From a virus: a DNA stretch of 64,000 bases. The notes under the pieces are model-generated. The model worked only from the letters and a program-made list of their open reading frames with translations, was not told the origin of the DNA and did no database searches. Positions 54,053-63,378 of the stretch are shown here, one piece after another; the stretch's first letter is position 1, and the number at the start of each line of letters is the position of its first letter. Both the position numbers and the translations under genes were made by a program. Location of the stretch: IMG/VR virus record IMGVR_UViG_2974637116_000001; one strand, 5' to 3'.

Positions 54053-54383
54053 TATTATCTCTGACATTTATGAGGTGACATCCACTGAGGATAAAGGAGA
54101 AGAAAAAGATCCGATTGCATATCAATTGAGATTCCCATATGCTATTTGGATTAGTGAGGGGATGAATGCAGAAGTTGATGGAGATATCCAAAAAATTTCT
54201 GACCCAGAAGTTTCTATGGAACCATGGTTGCCGCTTTGTAAACATGAACATATTTTTCTGAAACTTGATGAAGTATCCGCTGCATATGAAACGCATGATA
54301 CAGTTATCGAACAATACACAAAACTAATTGAGGCACAAATGAATGGAAAACGTGAAACTGATTCTCCTCAGGGAGAGGAATGA
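54015..54383 (+). CDS. Hypothetical Sm/SH3-like barrel protein (paralog 3)
   Basis: AGGAGG RBS; 'VRIVRLKSGDDIISDI', 'MEPWLPL'. Confidence 0.65.
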   Translation: MSVRIVRLKSGDDIISDIYEVTSTEDKGEEKDPIAYQLRFPYAIWISEGMNAEVDGDIQKISDPEVSMEPWLPLCKHEHIFLKLDEVSAAYETHDTVIEQYTKLIEAQMNGKRETDSPQGEE

Positions 54384-54582
54384 AGTTCTACTGGGTTCAG
54401 TAACTGAACTAGATGAAGAACCAAGTTTATTAGTTACAAATTGCATGGAGATACTCAAGGATGGAACACTAGAACCGTTCCCTCGCTTTGCTGCACAACG
54501 TGACTTGTTCTTGACATCTGAGGCAGTTTTGACTATAGTGGATCCAAGTCCTGAAATTGTGGAGACATACTCTAAAGAATGA
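54343..54582 (+). CDS. Hypothetical Sm/SH3-like barrel protein (paralog 4)
   Basis: 'VKLILLRERNEVLLGSV', 'LEPFP', 'IVETY'. Confidence 0.6.
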   Translation: MENVKLILLRERNEVLLGSVTELDEEPSLLVTNCMEILKDGTLEPFPRFAAQRDLFLTSEAVLTIVDPSPEIVETYSKE

Positions 54583-57077
54583 GTTCTTTCTATACCAACA
54601 TTCAACTTGCTGGTGACACCATCCTTTACCGAGGATACGAAGATGGGCAACCTGTTTCCTATCGTGCAAATTTTTCTCCAACTTTATATGTTCTCTCTCG
54701 TAAGAATGAGGACTTCAAGACCCTAGATGGGAAGAATGTATCACCTGTCAAGTTTCAAACTGCTCGCGAAGCAAGAAACTTTATTAAGCAGTATGATAGT
54801 GTTGAGGGGTTTGAAGTACATGGATACGAGAGATTTGTATATCAATACATTCGTCAAGAGTTTCCTGGTGAGGTTGATTATAATATCAATCAAATGAAAA
54901 TCTTTGCACTGGATATTGAGGTTCAGTGTGAGAACGGATTTCCTAATGTTGAAGAAGCAGCAGAAGAGATGTTGTCTATCACCATTAAGGATATGGTGAC
55001 CAAGCAGTATTATTGTTGGGCGACTCGTGAGTTTGAAGCACCCGAGGGTGTAGAGACTCACATCTTTTGGACAGAACATGAAATGCTAAACCATTTTTTA
55101 CAATGGTGGGTGCAAAATACTCCAGATATCCTTACGGGTTGGAATGTCAATTTGTATGACGTTCCATACATTGCCCGTAGGGTTAGTCGTGTGCTTGGTG
55201 AAAAATGGATGAAGAGTTTGTCGCCTTGGAATCGTGCTAATGAGAGAGAAGTCTACGTTATGGGACGTAAGAATTATGCTTACGATATCTCTGGTGTCAA
55301 TATTCTTGACTATCTCGATCTTTATCGGAAGTTTACTTATAGTAACCAAGAATCATATCGATTGGACCATATTGCTTTCGTCGAACTGGGTCAAAGAAAA
55401 GTTGACCATAGTGAGTATGAAAACTTCAAAGACTTCTACACTAGTGATTGGCAGAAGTTTATGGAGTACAACATCCAAGACGTTGAGTTGATTGACCGAC
55501 TGGAAGATAAGATGAAGTTGCTTGAACTTGCCATCACTATGTCTTATGATGCAAAGGTAAACTTTGAAGATGTTTATAGTCAAGTCCGTATGTGGGACAC
55601 TATGATCTATAATTATCTTACGGATAGAAACACAGTTGTTCCTCAGAAAAAAGGTGAAAAGAAAGATGAGAAGTATGCGGGGGCCTATGTTAAGGAACCG
55701 ATTCCAGGAAAGTATGATTGGGTTGTGTCTTTTGACCTTAACTCTCTCTACCCTCATCTTATTATGCAGTACAACATCTCACCCGAGACATTACTCGATG
55801 CGAGACACCCAACAGCAACTGTTGATAAGATACTTAATCAGGAACTAGATATTGATGGGAAGTATTGTGTATGTGCTAACGGTGCTCAGTATCGTAAGGA
55901 CATACTTGGGTTCCTACCAGAAATGATGCAGAAGATCTACGATGAACGGACCATATACAAGAAGAGAATGCTTAAGTCTAAGCAAGCTCTTGAACATGCC
56001 ACCACACCTACAGAGACCACATCACTACAAAAGGATATTTCAAAATTCAACAATATCCAAATGGCAAGAAAAATCCAACTTAACAGCGCCTATGGTGCCA
56101 TCGGTAACCAATACTTCCGATACTACAATCTGGCAAATGCTGAAGCGATTACCCTCTCAGGTCAAGTCTCGATTAGGTGGATTGAGAGCAAGGTAAATAC
56201 TTACCTAAACAAATTACTCAACACAGAGGACCACGATTATGTCATCGCTTCTGATACTGATAGCATCTACATCTGTCTTGATCTACTTGTCCGTTCTGTA
56301 TTTCCTTCACAAGATGTTCGTACAGAGAGGATTGTCAACTTCCTCGACACTGCTTGCAAAGAACGAATCGAACCATTCATTGAAAGATCATACCAAGAAC
56401 TAGCAGATTACGTTGGTGCTTATGACCAGAAGATGGTTATGAAGCGAGAGAATATTGCTAACACAGGTATCTGGACTGCTAAGAAAAGGTACATCTTAAA
56501 TGTATGGGATAGTGAGGGTGTTCGCTATGAGAAACCTAAACTAAAAATCATGGGGTTAGAGGCAGTTAAGTCATCTACTCCTGGTGCATGTCGTGCTGCT
56601 ATTAAGGAATGTATGACGGTTATTGTAAATGAAGATGAAGTGTCAGCGCAGGCATTTATCACCAAATTTAGAAATGAATTTTCATCGTTACCAGTCGAAG
56701 ATATTTCATTCCCTCGTGGTTGTAATAATCTAAATAAGTGGTCCCATCCAGCAACAATCTATAGTAAAGGAACACCTATTCATGTTCGTGGTGCGTTGCT
56801 GTATAACTTCTATAATAAGAAGAATAAACTTACCCATAAGTATCCGTTGATTCAAAACGGAGAAAAGGTTAAGTTTGTTTATTTGAAGACTCCTAACAAA
56901 ATTAATGAGAATGTTATCAGTTATCTGGGAACATTCCCGAAAGAGTTTGGACTTGACAAACAGGTAGACTATGATTTACAATTCTCGAAGAGTTTCCTAG
57001 AACCTATCAAAGTTATTATGGACACGATTGGATGGCAAGCAGAAAAAGTACCGTCACTGGAGTTCCTATTCGGATGA
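54579..57077 (+). CDS. gp43: DNA polymerase gp43 (family B)
   Basis: Exonuclease 'ALDIEV', 'SFDLNSLYP', 'KIQLNSAYG', 'SDTDS'. Confidence 0.98.
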   Translation: MSSFYTNIQLAGDTILYRGYEDGQPVSYRANFSPTLYVLSRKNEDFKTLDGKNVSPVKFQTAREARNFIKQYDSVEGFEVHGYERFVYQYIRQEFPGEVDYNINQMKIFALDIEVQCENGFPNVEEAAEEMLSITIKDMVTKQYYCWATREFEAPEGVETHIFWTEHEMLNHFLQWWVQNTPDILTGWNVNLYDVPYIARRVSRVLGEKWMKSLSPWNRANEREVYVMGRKNYAYDISGVNILDYLDLYRKFTYSNQESYRLDHIAFVELGQRKVDHSEYENFKDFYTSDWQKFMEYNIQDVELIDRLEDKMKLLELAITMSYDAKVNFEDVYSQVRMWDTMIYNYLTDRNTVVPQKKGEKKDEKYAGAYVKEPIPGKYDWVVSFDLNSLYPHLIMQYNISPETLLDARHPTATVDKILNQELDIDGKYCVCANGAQYRKDILGFLPEMMQKIYDERTIYKKRMLKSKQALEHATTPTETTSLQKDISKFNNIQMARKIQLNSAYGAIGNQYFRYYNLANAEAITLSGQVSIRWIESKVNTYLNKLLNTEDHDYVIASDTDSIYICLDLLVRSVFPSQDVRTERIVNFLDTACKERIEPFIERSYQELADYVGAYDQKMVMKRENIANTGIWTAKKRYILNVWDSEGVRYEKPKLKIMGLEAVKSSTPGACRAAIKECMTVIVNEDEVSAQAFITKFRNEFSSLPVEDISFPRGCNNLNKWSHPATIYSKGTPIHVRGALLYNFYNKKNKLTHKYPLIQNGEKVKFVYLKTPNKINENVISYLGTFPKEFGLDKQVDYDLQFSKSFLEPIKVIMDTIGWQAEKVPSLEFLFG

Positions 57078-57229
57078 AAACAAAATTTATGGTTACATAT
57101 CAAAAAGCATTCGGTGCTGGTGCAGCAAGAGAAGAAAAGACTTTTAATGATCTACAAGATGCACAATGGTTTGAACGTGCCATGAAACGTTCACAACATA
57201 TCACAACATTATTAGAGGTCAAAGAGTGA
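57074..57229 (+). CDS. Small hypothetical protein (51 aa)
   Basis: ATGA-coupled to gp43; its stop overlaps the uvsX GTG. Confidence 0.55.
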   Translation: MKTKFMVTYQKAFGAGAAREEKTFNDLQDAQWFERAMKRSQHITTLLEVKE

Positions 57230-58236
57230 ATTTTCTACAAGACGTAGCAAAGGAGATCAAAAATGAATACGCAGGATTGGTCAGCGATGGTGTTGCTGCA
57301 GGAGATACCAGTGGTTTCATTGATACTGGCAGTTATATCTTTAACGCTCTGGTATCTGGCTCAATCTACGGTGGTGTCCCTGGAAATAAGATTACCGCTA
57401 TTGCAGGAGAGTCTTCTACTGGCAAAACTTTCTTTTGTCTTGGGATTGTACAGCATTTTCTCGACAGTAATCCTGACTCAGGTATAATTTATTTTGAATC
57501 TGAGTCTGCTATCTCTAGGCAGATGATTGAAGACAGGGGTATTGCATCTGACCGTATGATGATTGTTCCTGTTGCAACCATTGAGCAGTTTCGTACTCAG
57601 TCTTGTAAGATTCTGGACAAGTACATGGAGCAGAAAGAGGAAGATCGCAAACCTCTGATGTTTGTACTGGACTCTTTGGGTATGCTTTCTACAGAGAAAG
57701 AGATTGCTGATGTGGCAGCAGATAAGCAGGTTCGTGACATGACTAAGAGTCAATTGATTAAGGGTGCCTTCAGGGTGCTCACACTCAAACTAGGGAAGGC
57801 AAACGTGCCTATGCTGGTCACCAACCATACGTATGATGTGATTGGGTCTTATGTTCCCATGAAAGAAATGGGTGGTGGTAGTGGTCTGAAGTATGCATCT
57901 TCTACTATCATCTATCTGTCTAAGAAGAAAGAGAAGGATGGCACTGAGGTTGTTGGTAATATCATCAAATGTAAGGCACAGAAGTCACGTCTGACCAAAG
58001 AGAATAGTCAGATTGAAACTCGTTTGTATTATGATCGTGGTCTTGACAGATACTATGGACTACTAGAACTCGGTGAGAAGTATGGGATGTGGAAAAACGT
58101 TGCTGGTCGCTACGAAATTAATGGTAAGAAAGTCTATGCTAAGGCAATCTTAAAAGAACCTGAGGAATACTTTACTGATGATGTGATGCAAGCACTCGAT
58201 GAAGCAGCAGCACAGGAGTTCCGTTATGGCAGTTGA
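57226..58236 (+). CDS. uvsX: RecA-like recombinase UvsX
   Basis: 'AGESSTGKT', 'VLDSLGML', 'MGGGSGLKY'; GTG start. Confidence 0.96.
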   Translation: MNFLQDVAKEIKNEYAGLVSDGVAAGDTSGFIDTGSYIFNALVSGSIYGGVPGNKITAIAGESSTGKTFFCLGIVQHFLDSNPDSGIIYFESESAISRQMIEDRGIASDRMMIVPVATIEQFRTQSCKILDKYMEQKEEDRKPLMFVLDSLGMLSTEKEIADVAADKQVRDMTKSQLIKGAFRVLTLKLGKANVPMLVTNHTYDVIGSYVPMKEMGGGSGLKYASSTIIYLSKKKEKDGTEVVGNIIKCKAQKSRLTKENSQIETRLYYDRGLDRYYGLLELGEKYGMWKNVAGRYEINGKKVYAKAILKEPEEYFTDDVMQALDEAAAQEFRYGS

Positions 58237-58792
58237 ACTTAAGGACTATATCAGAACGTATGATGATGTAGTTGACTATGACTTCTGCCAAAAAGTTATT
58301 GAAGCATTTAATACTTCTGAATTTAAATATCTTGATAGAGAGCAGAGACCTTCATTCAATGAGTTGAATATTTCTCAAAAGTATCTTGCTAACGATCCTA
58401 AATGGATGAACCTACAGAATGATTTGCAGAATAGTTTTATAGATGCTATTGAACTTTACATGAAAGAGTTGGATTTAGGTCCAGACTTTCCATCAAACTA
58501 TGCTTTTGAAGAGTATCGTATCAAAATGTACAATGCAAATCAATATGATCAATTCAAAGACCATGTTGATGTAGGTAATTACAACTCTGCTCGTAGATTC
58601 TTAGTCTGTTTTCTTTATCTTAATACTGTTGTTGCTGGTGGAGAAACAAATTTTCCTAAAATTTCTCATGCAGTTTCCCCAAAGTGTGGTAGAATACTTC
58701 TGTTCCCTTCCACTTGGCAGTACCGTCATGCAGGATTAATCCCTCTCTCGGATAAAAAGTATATTGTCGGAACTTATCTACACTACGTATGA
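58226..58792 (+). CDS. 2OG-Fe(II) oxygenase
   Basis: 'DHVD', 'FLYLNTV..GGET.F', '[12 protein letters not shown]'. Confidence 0.88.
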   Translation: MAVELKDYIRTYDDVVDYDFCQKVIEAFNTSEFKYLDREQRPSFNELNISQKYLANDPKWMNLQNDLQNSFIDAIELYMKELDLGPDFPSNYAFEEYRIKMYNANQYDQFKDHVDVGNYNSARRFLVCFLYLNTVVAGGETNFPKISHAVSPKCGRILLFPSTWQYRHAGLIPLSDKKYIVGTYLHYV

Positions 58793-60168
58793 ATCTAGAA
58801 GTAACTATTATCAGCAATCTCATTTATAATGAGAAGTATGCTAGAAAAGTTTTGCCTTTTCTAAAGTCCGATTACTTCACTGCTCGTGAGCATAAGATTA
58901 TCTTTTTGGAAATTCATGAATACATTAGTCAATATGATGCCTGCCCCAGTCTCAATGCAATTGGTATAGAATGTCAGGAACGAACTGACCTTACTGAAGA
59001 CCAGTTTAAAGAAATTATTCAGGTATTAAATGTCCTTTCCGATGATCCCGCAGACTACGATTGGCTCGTTGATACTACAGAAAAGTGGTGTCAAGAGCGT
59101 GCGATCTACTTATCTCTTATGGAGAGTGTCAAGATTGCTGACGGGCAAGATACCAAGAGGGACAAAGGCGCTATTCCTTCGATTCTTTCGGAAGCACTTG
59201 GAGTATCCTTCGACCAACATGTAGGACATGATTATGTTTCAGATGCACAGGAACGCTACGACTTCTATCACCGCAAAGAAGATAAGATACCTTTCGACTT
59301 ATCGTTATTCAACAAGATTACGAAGGGTGGTCTTCCTAATAAAACTCTTAACATCGCACTCGCTGGCACTGGTGTGGGCAAATCTTTGTTTATGTGTCAT
59401 TGCGCTGCAGCGGCACTTCTGCAAGGTAAAAATGTCCTCTATATCACGATGGAGATGGCAGAGGAAAAAATCGCTGAACGTATTGATGCAAACCTTTTAA
59501 ACGTTCCGATTCAACAACTTGGAGATCTTCCACAGGTAATGTTTGAAAAGAAGATTGCAAATCTTGCTAAGAAAACTCAAGGCAAATTAATCATCAAAGA
59601 ATATCCTACGGCATCTGCTCATGTTGGACATTTTAAGTCTCTTGTTTCTGATCTTGCTCTTAAGCGGAGCATTAAACCCGATATTATCTTTGTGGATTAC
59701 CTTAATATCTGTGCTTCCGAGAGATATAAAGGGAGCATTGTCAACTCCTACACATACGTCAAAGCAATCGCAGAAGAACTTAGGGGTTTTGCTGTGGAGT
59801 GTAACGTTCCTATTATCAGTGCTACGCAGACCACTCGTTCAGGTTATGGTAGCACTGATGTTGACCTTACTGATACTAGTGAATCCTTCGGCCTCCCTGC
59901 TACTGCTGATCTTATGTTTGCCCTTATTAGCACGGAGGAGCTTGAGGGAATGAATCAAATCATGGTCAAGCAATTGAAGAATAGATATAACGACACTACT
60001 TCCTTCAAAAGATTCTGTGTAGGTATTGACAGAGCGAAGATGAGGTTGTATGATGTTGAGGAATCTGCACAAGACGATCTCGTTGATTCGGGTCAACCTG
60101 AGCAGCAGATTGATTTAGTTCAAAAGTTCACCGCAAAGAAAACATTTCAAGATTTAAAGTATGACTAA
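58789..60168 (+). CDS. gp41: Replicative helicase gp41
   Basis: 'AGTGVGKS', 'IIKEYPT', 'IFVDYL', 'SESFGLPATAD', 'KNRY'. Confidence 0.97.
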   Translation: MNLEVTIISNLIYNEKYARKVLPFLKSDYFTAREHKIIFLEIHEYISQYDACPSLNAIGIECQERTDLTEDQFKEIIQVLNVLSDDPADYDWLVDTTEKWCQERAIYLSLMESVKIADGQDTKRDKGAIPSILSEALGVSFDQHVGHDYVSDAQERYDFYHRKEDKIPFDLSLFNKITKGGLPNKTLNIALAGTGVGKSLFMCHCAAAALLQGKNVLYITMEMAEEKIAERIDANLLNVPIQQLGDLPQVMFEKKIANLAKKTQGKLIIKEYPTASAHVGHFKSLVSDLALKRSIKPDIIFVDYLNICASERYKGSIVNSYTYVKAIAEELRGFAVECNVPIISATQTTRSGYGSTDVDLTDTSESFGLPATADLMFALISTEELEGMNQIMVKQLKNRYNDTTSFKRFCVGIDRAKMRLYDVEESAQDDLVDSGQPEQQIDLVQKFTAKKTFQDLKYD

Positions 60169-60571
60169 AAGAGTAAACACTGATGCCTATTTGGAGTTCG
60201 TTAATGCAGTCACATCGAACGAAAGTAAAGATTATGGTTTCTTTAACTGTCGCCTCCTTGAGTTACAAGAACAGGGTTTTGAAACACAAAGACTTCTAAC
60301 TGCTGCTGTAGGAATGTCTGCTGAAGCAGGTGAGTTTACTGAGATTGTAAAGAAGATTATCTTCCAAGGTAAACCTGTTAATGAAGAAAATCTATTTCAC
60401 ATGAAGCGTGAACTTGGAGACATCATGTGGTATGTTGCACAAGCATGTATGGGACTCAATATTTCTCTCGATGAAGTCATTGAGATGAATGTGGACAAAC
60501 TCAAGGCACGTTATCCTGGTGGAGAGTTTGATGTCCATTATTCCGAAAACCGTGTTGAGGGAGACTTATGA
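60161..60571 (+). CDS. mazG: MazG-like nucleotide pyrophosphohydrolase
   Basis: 'GMSAEAGEF' and 'RELGDIMWY' (ExxE...ExxD motif). Confidence 0.92.
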   Translation: MTKRVNTDAYLEFVNAVTSNESKDYGFFNCRLLELQEQGFETQRLLTAAVGMSAEAGEFTEIVKKIIFQGKPVNEENLFHMKRELGDIMWYVAQACMGLNISLDEVIEMNVDKLKARYPGGEFDVHYSENRVEGDL

Positions 60572-60930
60572 AAACGGATTTTACACAAGATGCACTTTGG
60601 GATCAAATTGCAACCCTTGGGTGGGATGTAAGACATGATGATATTGTACTTGAGGTTGGTGGTACAGTAGTCTCTGGTATCCATCAAGGTAAAGAGTATA
60701 ATAAGAAGTGGGCAACACCTTATGGTGTTCGTAAGTATAACAACGATGCATTCATTGTTATTAAGAACCTTTCGCGTACTCCATTTGAATCATCTAAACC
60801 TATGGATAGAGAACATAACCCTCCTCATTCAAATGAAACTGTCGAACCTAAAACTGTCGAACCTCAAGATATTACAGTCAATATGGATGGCGGTGTAGGT
60901 GGATCATGGGAAGTCAAGAAAGAAGCATAA
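60568..60930 (+). CDS. Hypothetical protein (120 aa)
   Basis: ATGA-coupled to mazG. Confidence 0.65.
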   Translation: MKTDFTQDALWDQIATLGWDVRHDDIVLEVGGTVVSGIHQGKEYNKKWATPYGVRKYNNDAFIVIKNLSRTPFESSKPMDREHNPPHSNETVEPKTVEPQDITVNMDGGVGGSWEVKKEA

Positions 60931-60936
60931 CTTATC

Positions 60937-61143
60937 GTGTTTAGTCTCTGGATTCACATACGAGCATTCTTTGCTGTTGTAGTTGTTGGTTGTGCTCAAC
61001 CTGTCAACTGGGCACAGTGTGTTCGTGTGGACCAATGGTTATTGCCTGAGGTTGTCCAGGGTTATAAACTCTGGACAGGACAGGAAAAAATATATGAAAA
61101 AGAAAAGGATTATCTAAATAGTTTGGATGATTCCATAGAGTAA
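60937..61143 (+). CDS. Small hypothetical protein with a hydrophobic N-terminus (68 aa)
   Basis: GTG start; 'FFAVVVVGC' could be a lipobox-like segment. Confidence 0.5.
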   Translation: MFSLWIHIRAFFAVVVVGCAQPVNWAQCVRVDQWLLPEVVQGYKLWTGQEKIYEKEKDYLNSLDDSIE

Positions 61144-61144
61144 G

Positions 61145-62413
61145 ATGGCAAGTAAGAATCCTGATGTTCAGGAAGTCACTAAACTTATTAATACTCTTAA
61201 GAAAGATAAGATCTTTTTGAGAAAGACTGAGGGTGTTTCTAAGATCAAATTATTTGTTGAAGCAGAAGGAGATAGAGATTCGGCAAAGGAAAAGATGGAT
61301 AAACTCTTAAAGTCTAAAGGATATCCTACAGAAACTACAAGAGTGTCTGGACACTCTGCAGACGCATCTGCTATTAAAGGAAAAAATATTACCATCATCT
61401 ATAAGAATAAGAAAGGTGGTATGGCAGAGACTACTATTAACTCTACTATTACAGAGTTGTTTCCTTGTATTGCATTCTTAGGTAATATTACAGAAACTAA
61501 CAAACAAAAGTTTTACGAAAAAATTAAGCAGAGTAACAATCCAAGTATTGGATGTTATGTGAATGCTAAAGATGCTGAGAAAGGTTCTGAGTTCATTAGT
61601 TCTGCAGCAGAGTCTAGTAAGTTTGATGAGAAAGTAAATAATGCTCTTGGTATTCTGAAGTTTTTAAAAGAACAAGATGCAGGTAAAAAAATTAGAGATG
61701 TGTATTGGGGATATCGTGCTAAACCTCAGGGTGTTATGAATAATCATCCTGGTGATATATTCATCAAGTATACTGATGGTAAAATGGTGGGTGTTTCTTT
61801 GAAGGCAGGTGGTGCTGGAACAATGGAACCAAAACTCAACACATATGTAAATCCTATTGTCGAATTTTTTGGTAAGCAGAGTGAGTATAAGAAGTGGCAG
61901 CAAGAATCTTATGACAAATACTATGCTGGTATTCCTGGTATTGCCGATTTTCAAGCATATGGAAAGTCTACTATGGTTCCTGCTATAGCAAAATTTGAAA
62001 AAGATAATAGCAAATTGTATGAGCAATATTATGATGAGCAACTAGAGTGGTTGCGTGATAAAATAATTGAAATGATGAATGCAGACCAAAACAAGGTCAA
62101 GAAATTCTTACTTGAGAAAGTTGCAGGTGAGCAAAAGGATGTGCCACTGGTTGTTATCAAAGCAGTGCAAGCAAACTATCAAGAATTGAATGATGATGAT
62201 ATTGTAAAAGAGTGTGTGCAGAGATCTAGAAAAACTAATGGTGTGAAGGTTACTAAGTCTCCAAGATCTAAACAAACTTTTTTTGTTGATTTGATTTGTA
62301 ATAATAAAACTACCAGACTTAATTTTACAATTAGGACAAACAAGTCTGGTGCCGAGCATAAGTTGGGACAGTTTATCAACTTGGCAGTAAAGTTTAACGG
62401 TGTGCAGGACTAG
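61145..62413 (+). CDS. Putative PD-(D/E)xK-fold nuclease-like protein (422 aa)
   Basis: 'TELFP' ... 'HPGDIFI' ... 'GVSLK'; CTAAATA late promoter at 61114-20. Confidence 0.55.
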   Translation: MASKNPDVQEVTKLINTLKKDKIFLRKTEGVSKIKLFVEAEGDRDSAKEKMDKLLKSKGYPTETTRVSGHSADASAIKGKNITIIYKNKKGGMAETTINSTITELFPCIAFLGNITETNKQKFYEKIKQSNNPSIGCYVNAKDAEKGSEFISSAAESSKFDEKVNNALGILKFLKEQDAGKKIRDVYWGYRAKPQGVMNNHPGDIFIKYTDGKMVGVSLKAGGAGTMEPKLNTYVNPIVEFFGKQSEYKKWQQESYDKYYAGIPGIADFQAYGKSTMVPAIAKFEKDNSKLYEQYYDEQLEWLRDKIIEMMNADQNKVKKFLLEKVAGEQKDVPLVVIKAVQANYQELNDDDIVKECVQRSRKTNGVKVTKSPRSKQTFFVDLICNNKTTRLNFTIRTNKSGAEHKLGQFINLAVKFNGVQD

Positions 62414-62459
62414 AAACTGTCACACCCCTGGTTGCGACTGCCTTCTGCCATGCTATAAT
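62403..62459 (+). promoter_or_regulatory. Early-type promoter
   Basis: TGCAG-N6-AAA-CT-GTCAC box, TTGCGA, 16 nt, extended -10 TGC-TATAAT. Confidence 0.65.
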
Positions 62460-62480
62460 ATGTGTATAGACAGAGGACGA

Positions 62481-63377
62481 ATGCCAAACAAACACCTTGA
62501 GCACCTAGAGGATTCCATCTTTGATGGTCGTCGTGTTGCTCTTGCTGCTGTCAAGCAGGCACTGACTGTCAAGAAGGTCAGCGTCAAGTGGGACGGTGCT
62601 CCTGCTATCGTGTTCGGCACTAACCCTGCCAATGGTCAGTTCTTTGTGGGCACCAAGTCTGTATTCAACAAAAAGAAAGTTCTAATCAACTACACCTATG
62701 AGGACATTGAGACGAATCATAAAGGGAACGTTGCAGATATCCTTCGTTTATGTCTGCGCCATCTTCCTCGTATCAGTGGTATTGTCCAAGCTGATTGGAT
62801 CGGTGTCGGTGGCGGGTCTGTTTATCGCCCTAATACTGTGGAGTATAAATTTTCCACTCCGATTGCTCAACAAATTATTCTAGCACCACACACTTCATAC
62901 ACTGAGGTATCACCTACAGCAGAGGCAAGCATTGGTGTTACCCTACAGTCTACTAACAGTGTTTGTTTCATTGATACTAATGATGCCATTGTTGGTAAGT
63001 GGTCTGCAGTAAAACTTGTTGCTGAGATTCTTGTTTTGATTCCGTTCTGTAAGGTTGCTAAGAGTGCAGAACTCAAGAAGCATGTCAATACATTCATTCG
63101 TATGGGTGAGATACCTAGTCCCGAATTATTGTTCAATGTCTTCAATGCTAAATATAAGGGTGAGGTTAATGTGACTACCTTTGTTGTGTGGCATAAAATC
63201 TTCCAACTGAAACAGCGTCTACTCGATGCGGTTGTACCTAATGGAAATGTTGAGTGTTTCATTGACGACAAACCTTCCCTTCATGAAGGATTTGTTATTC
63301 CTTCTAGCAACCCGTACAAACTTGTAGATAGACTGACTTTTAGTAAAGCAAACTTCAACTTAAATAAAAATTGGTAG
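62481..63377 (+). CDS. DUF6267-like protein with a KxDG motif
   Basis: 'HLEHLED', 'VKWDGAPA', 'FFVGTKSVFNK', 'HEGFV', 'KLVDRLTFS'. Start at MPNKHL, after a GAGG RBS. Confidence 0.65.
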   Translation: MPNKHLEHLEDSIFDGRRVALAAVKQALTVKKVSVKWDGAPAIVFGTNPANGQFFVGTKSVFNKKKVLINYTYEDIETNHKGNVADILRLCLRHLPRISGIVQADWIGVGGGSVYRPNTVEYKFSTPIAQQIILAPHTSYTEVSPTAEASIGVTLQSTNSVCFIDTNDAIVGKWSAVKLVAEILVLIPFCKVAKSAELKKHVNTFIRMGEIPSPELLFNVFNAKYKGEVNVTTFVVWHKIFQLKQRLLDAVVPNGNVECFIDDKPSLHEGFVIPSSNPYKLVDRLTFSKANFNLNKNW

Positions 63378-63378
63378 A

